Assembly (NCBI GenBank): GCA_047495785.1
Contig: JBLDXI010000011.1
Location: forward strand, 124,001 to 188,000
Source: Lepidodermella squamata
Taxonomy: Eukaryota; Animalia; Gastrotricha
Direction of reading: 5' to 3'
Length of the DNA: 64,000 bases
Both the position numbers and the translations under genes were made by a program. How positions within the stretch are numbered: position 1 is the stretch's first letter; each line of letters opens with the position of its first letter. The notes under the pieces are model-generated. The model made no database searches and was not told the DNA's origin. It was given only the letters and a program-made list of their open reading frames with translations. Positions 62,437 to 64,000 of the stretch are shown here, piece after piece.

Positions 62437-64000
62437 TTGGATGAGCCGCCGGCGCGCGTCTCGCGCATCTTCAACACCACCGCAGCGGCACCATCGGCAC
62501 CTGATCGCTCGATCGTGATAATGATGAAACCGATACTGATGCGGAGACTGCTGATGAGGCTGAGACTGACTGGCTCTTACAGAGTCGCTGGTTGTGGTTG
62601 GGGCCAGCGCGCGTCGCTCTCCTGCTTTCGCGCTGTCTATCTCGTAACATTAAACCCCTATTATCGAATCGATAGCAATAAAATCAATCACCTTGAATGG
62701 CAAAAATGGGTTCAATCGAAAATTTTCAAGGATTTTCGCGAGGAAAAAGCATTTTCGAACTTTCGATAAAATATTCACGAAAAAAATCCGCTAAAATTGA
62801 GACTGGCATTGAAATTAGGGCGAGCGTTCGCAGAAAAATCTGAATTATTTATGAATTTTCATCGTGAAATGGAAAATCAATAGATCGAGGATAATTTTCC
62901 TGCAGTTGGTCTAAAATCAACTAAAAATACAGAAAAAATTAGCAGGAATACACATGGGAAAATACTGGTCGTTACAGTCGCCTAGAAACGCGTGGGACAT
63001 GAAATTAGGGGAAATGACCACATTTTCTAGTTTCTAGGAACCCTCGAAATTCAACGAAATTTCTACGAAAAAACATTGGAAGGAGAGTGGCTAATTCCAG
63101 TAAAACCACAGCTATTCAAATATTAAGAGATAACTCGTGATGCTCTTAATTCGCAATAAAATGAAGGAAGCCGCCGCCGCGCGTGCTTGGTATAATAAAT
63201 CCCGGGCCGCAATTATTGCGTATAGAATGTAGGTCAAACCGTTGAGTTAAATATAGGTCATCTTCCGTGCAATGCAAATAATTCTAAATTTTTCCAAAAA
63301 AAACGAGAATAGTGCGAATTTTTTCGATGACGGAAATTCCTGGACGAAAAAAAGACGGCTAGCAGCAGCAGTAGCAGCTATTAATCGGCGCTATTTTCGG
63401 CTTGCGACGCCAGTCCACAGGGACACACGAGTCACGGTGGCGCACCGGCTGCTGCGCATCATCATGATTGTTTAACGAGCGCACCCGCGCGCGAAAAAAC
63501 TTGCGCAGCCGCTTTTTTGCGCACCGGCCATCACCGACAGGCCTCGCGAGACCGCCGCCAACGACGACGAAAATGCGCGCGCGAGTGCGATGTTGTTCAT
63601 CGAAGATTTTTTTCAGTGTAATACTCATAATCAAGTGGAGGAAGCGAAAGTGATATATTTTCAGCCTTAATTTTAAACAGTGCGATTGTTTATTCAAATT
63701 GACTGGTGGTGGTGGCAAAAAAATATACCAACAGGGAATGATCCACTTTACTGTTTTATCTAGAACGATGGCGAGAAAAAATGCTGGAAAATTCCGAAAT
63801 ATTCGCGTTTAATCTTGAAAAATCAAACATCCCATGGCTGATATCGATTTACACTTCAGACGTTACTTTTGGCTGAGAGTGAATTCAATAAAAATAATAA
63901 TTAAATCTACTAAGATCTATAAGTGGCAAAATTTCCTGATTTTTGTTTTTTTCCGAATTTTCGGAAATCTTGGGCGAAAATGAAAGTTAGCGATGTAATG

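Noticed and set aside
63272-63718. ORFs upstream of the channel gene
   Set aside because: Low-complexity GC-rich patch without motifs; may be promoter or 5' UTR, but this is unsupported.
1-64000. tRNA, rRNA or prokaryotic operon/defence systems
   Set aside because: None recognised; the genes have spliceosomal introns, and the IS630-like transposase itself contains an intron, arguing against bacterial contamination.

Overview
Eukaryotic (invertebrate animal) genomic DNA with GT-AG introns. The head-to-head TTAGGG repeats hint at a non-insect, non-nematode host, but the species cannot be determined from this window. Host genes: (1) a 6-exon ankyrin-repeat gene (- strand, 1016-8271); (2) a ~20 kb, roughly 28-exon gene (- strand, ~8970-28774) for a very large secreted mosaic protein with fibrinogen-like, C-type-lectin-like, CCP/Sushi, LamG, CGNG..CDDGN Cys-repeat and WSC modules; (3) three 4-exon paralogues of an unrecognised secreted protein with 24 conserved cysteines (+ strand, 30691, 49952, 52966) that share promoter motifs; (4) an Rdl-like Cys-loop GABA-gated chloride channel gene (- strand, 56956-62436) with a tandemly duplicated, probably mutually exclusive 153-nt TM1 exon. 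Mobile DNA: an intact Mutator-like element (1765-4210, 8-bp TSD), an internally deleted CR1-clade LINE (~21150-23445) and many MITEs/fold-backs. The most unusual item is an apparently intact IS630/Tc1/mariner-type element (45190-47344, TA TSD) that carries a DD31E transposase plus a second, convergent spliced gene for a Myb/SANT-like protein inside its TIRs. All exon boundaries were read by eye, and no database searches were run.
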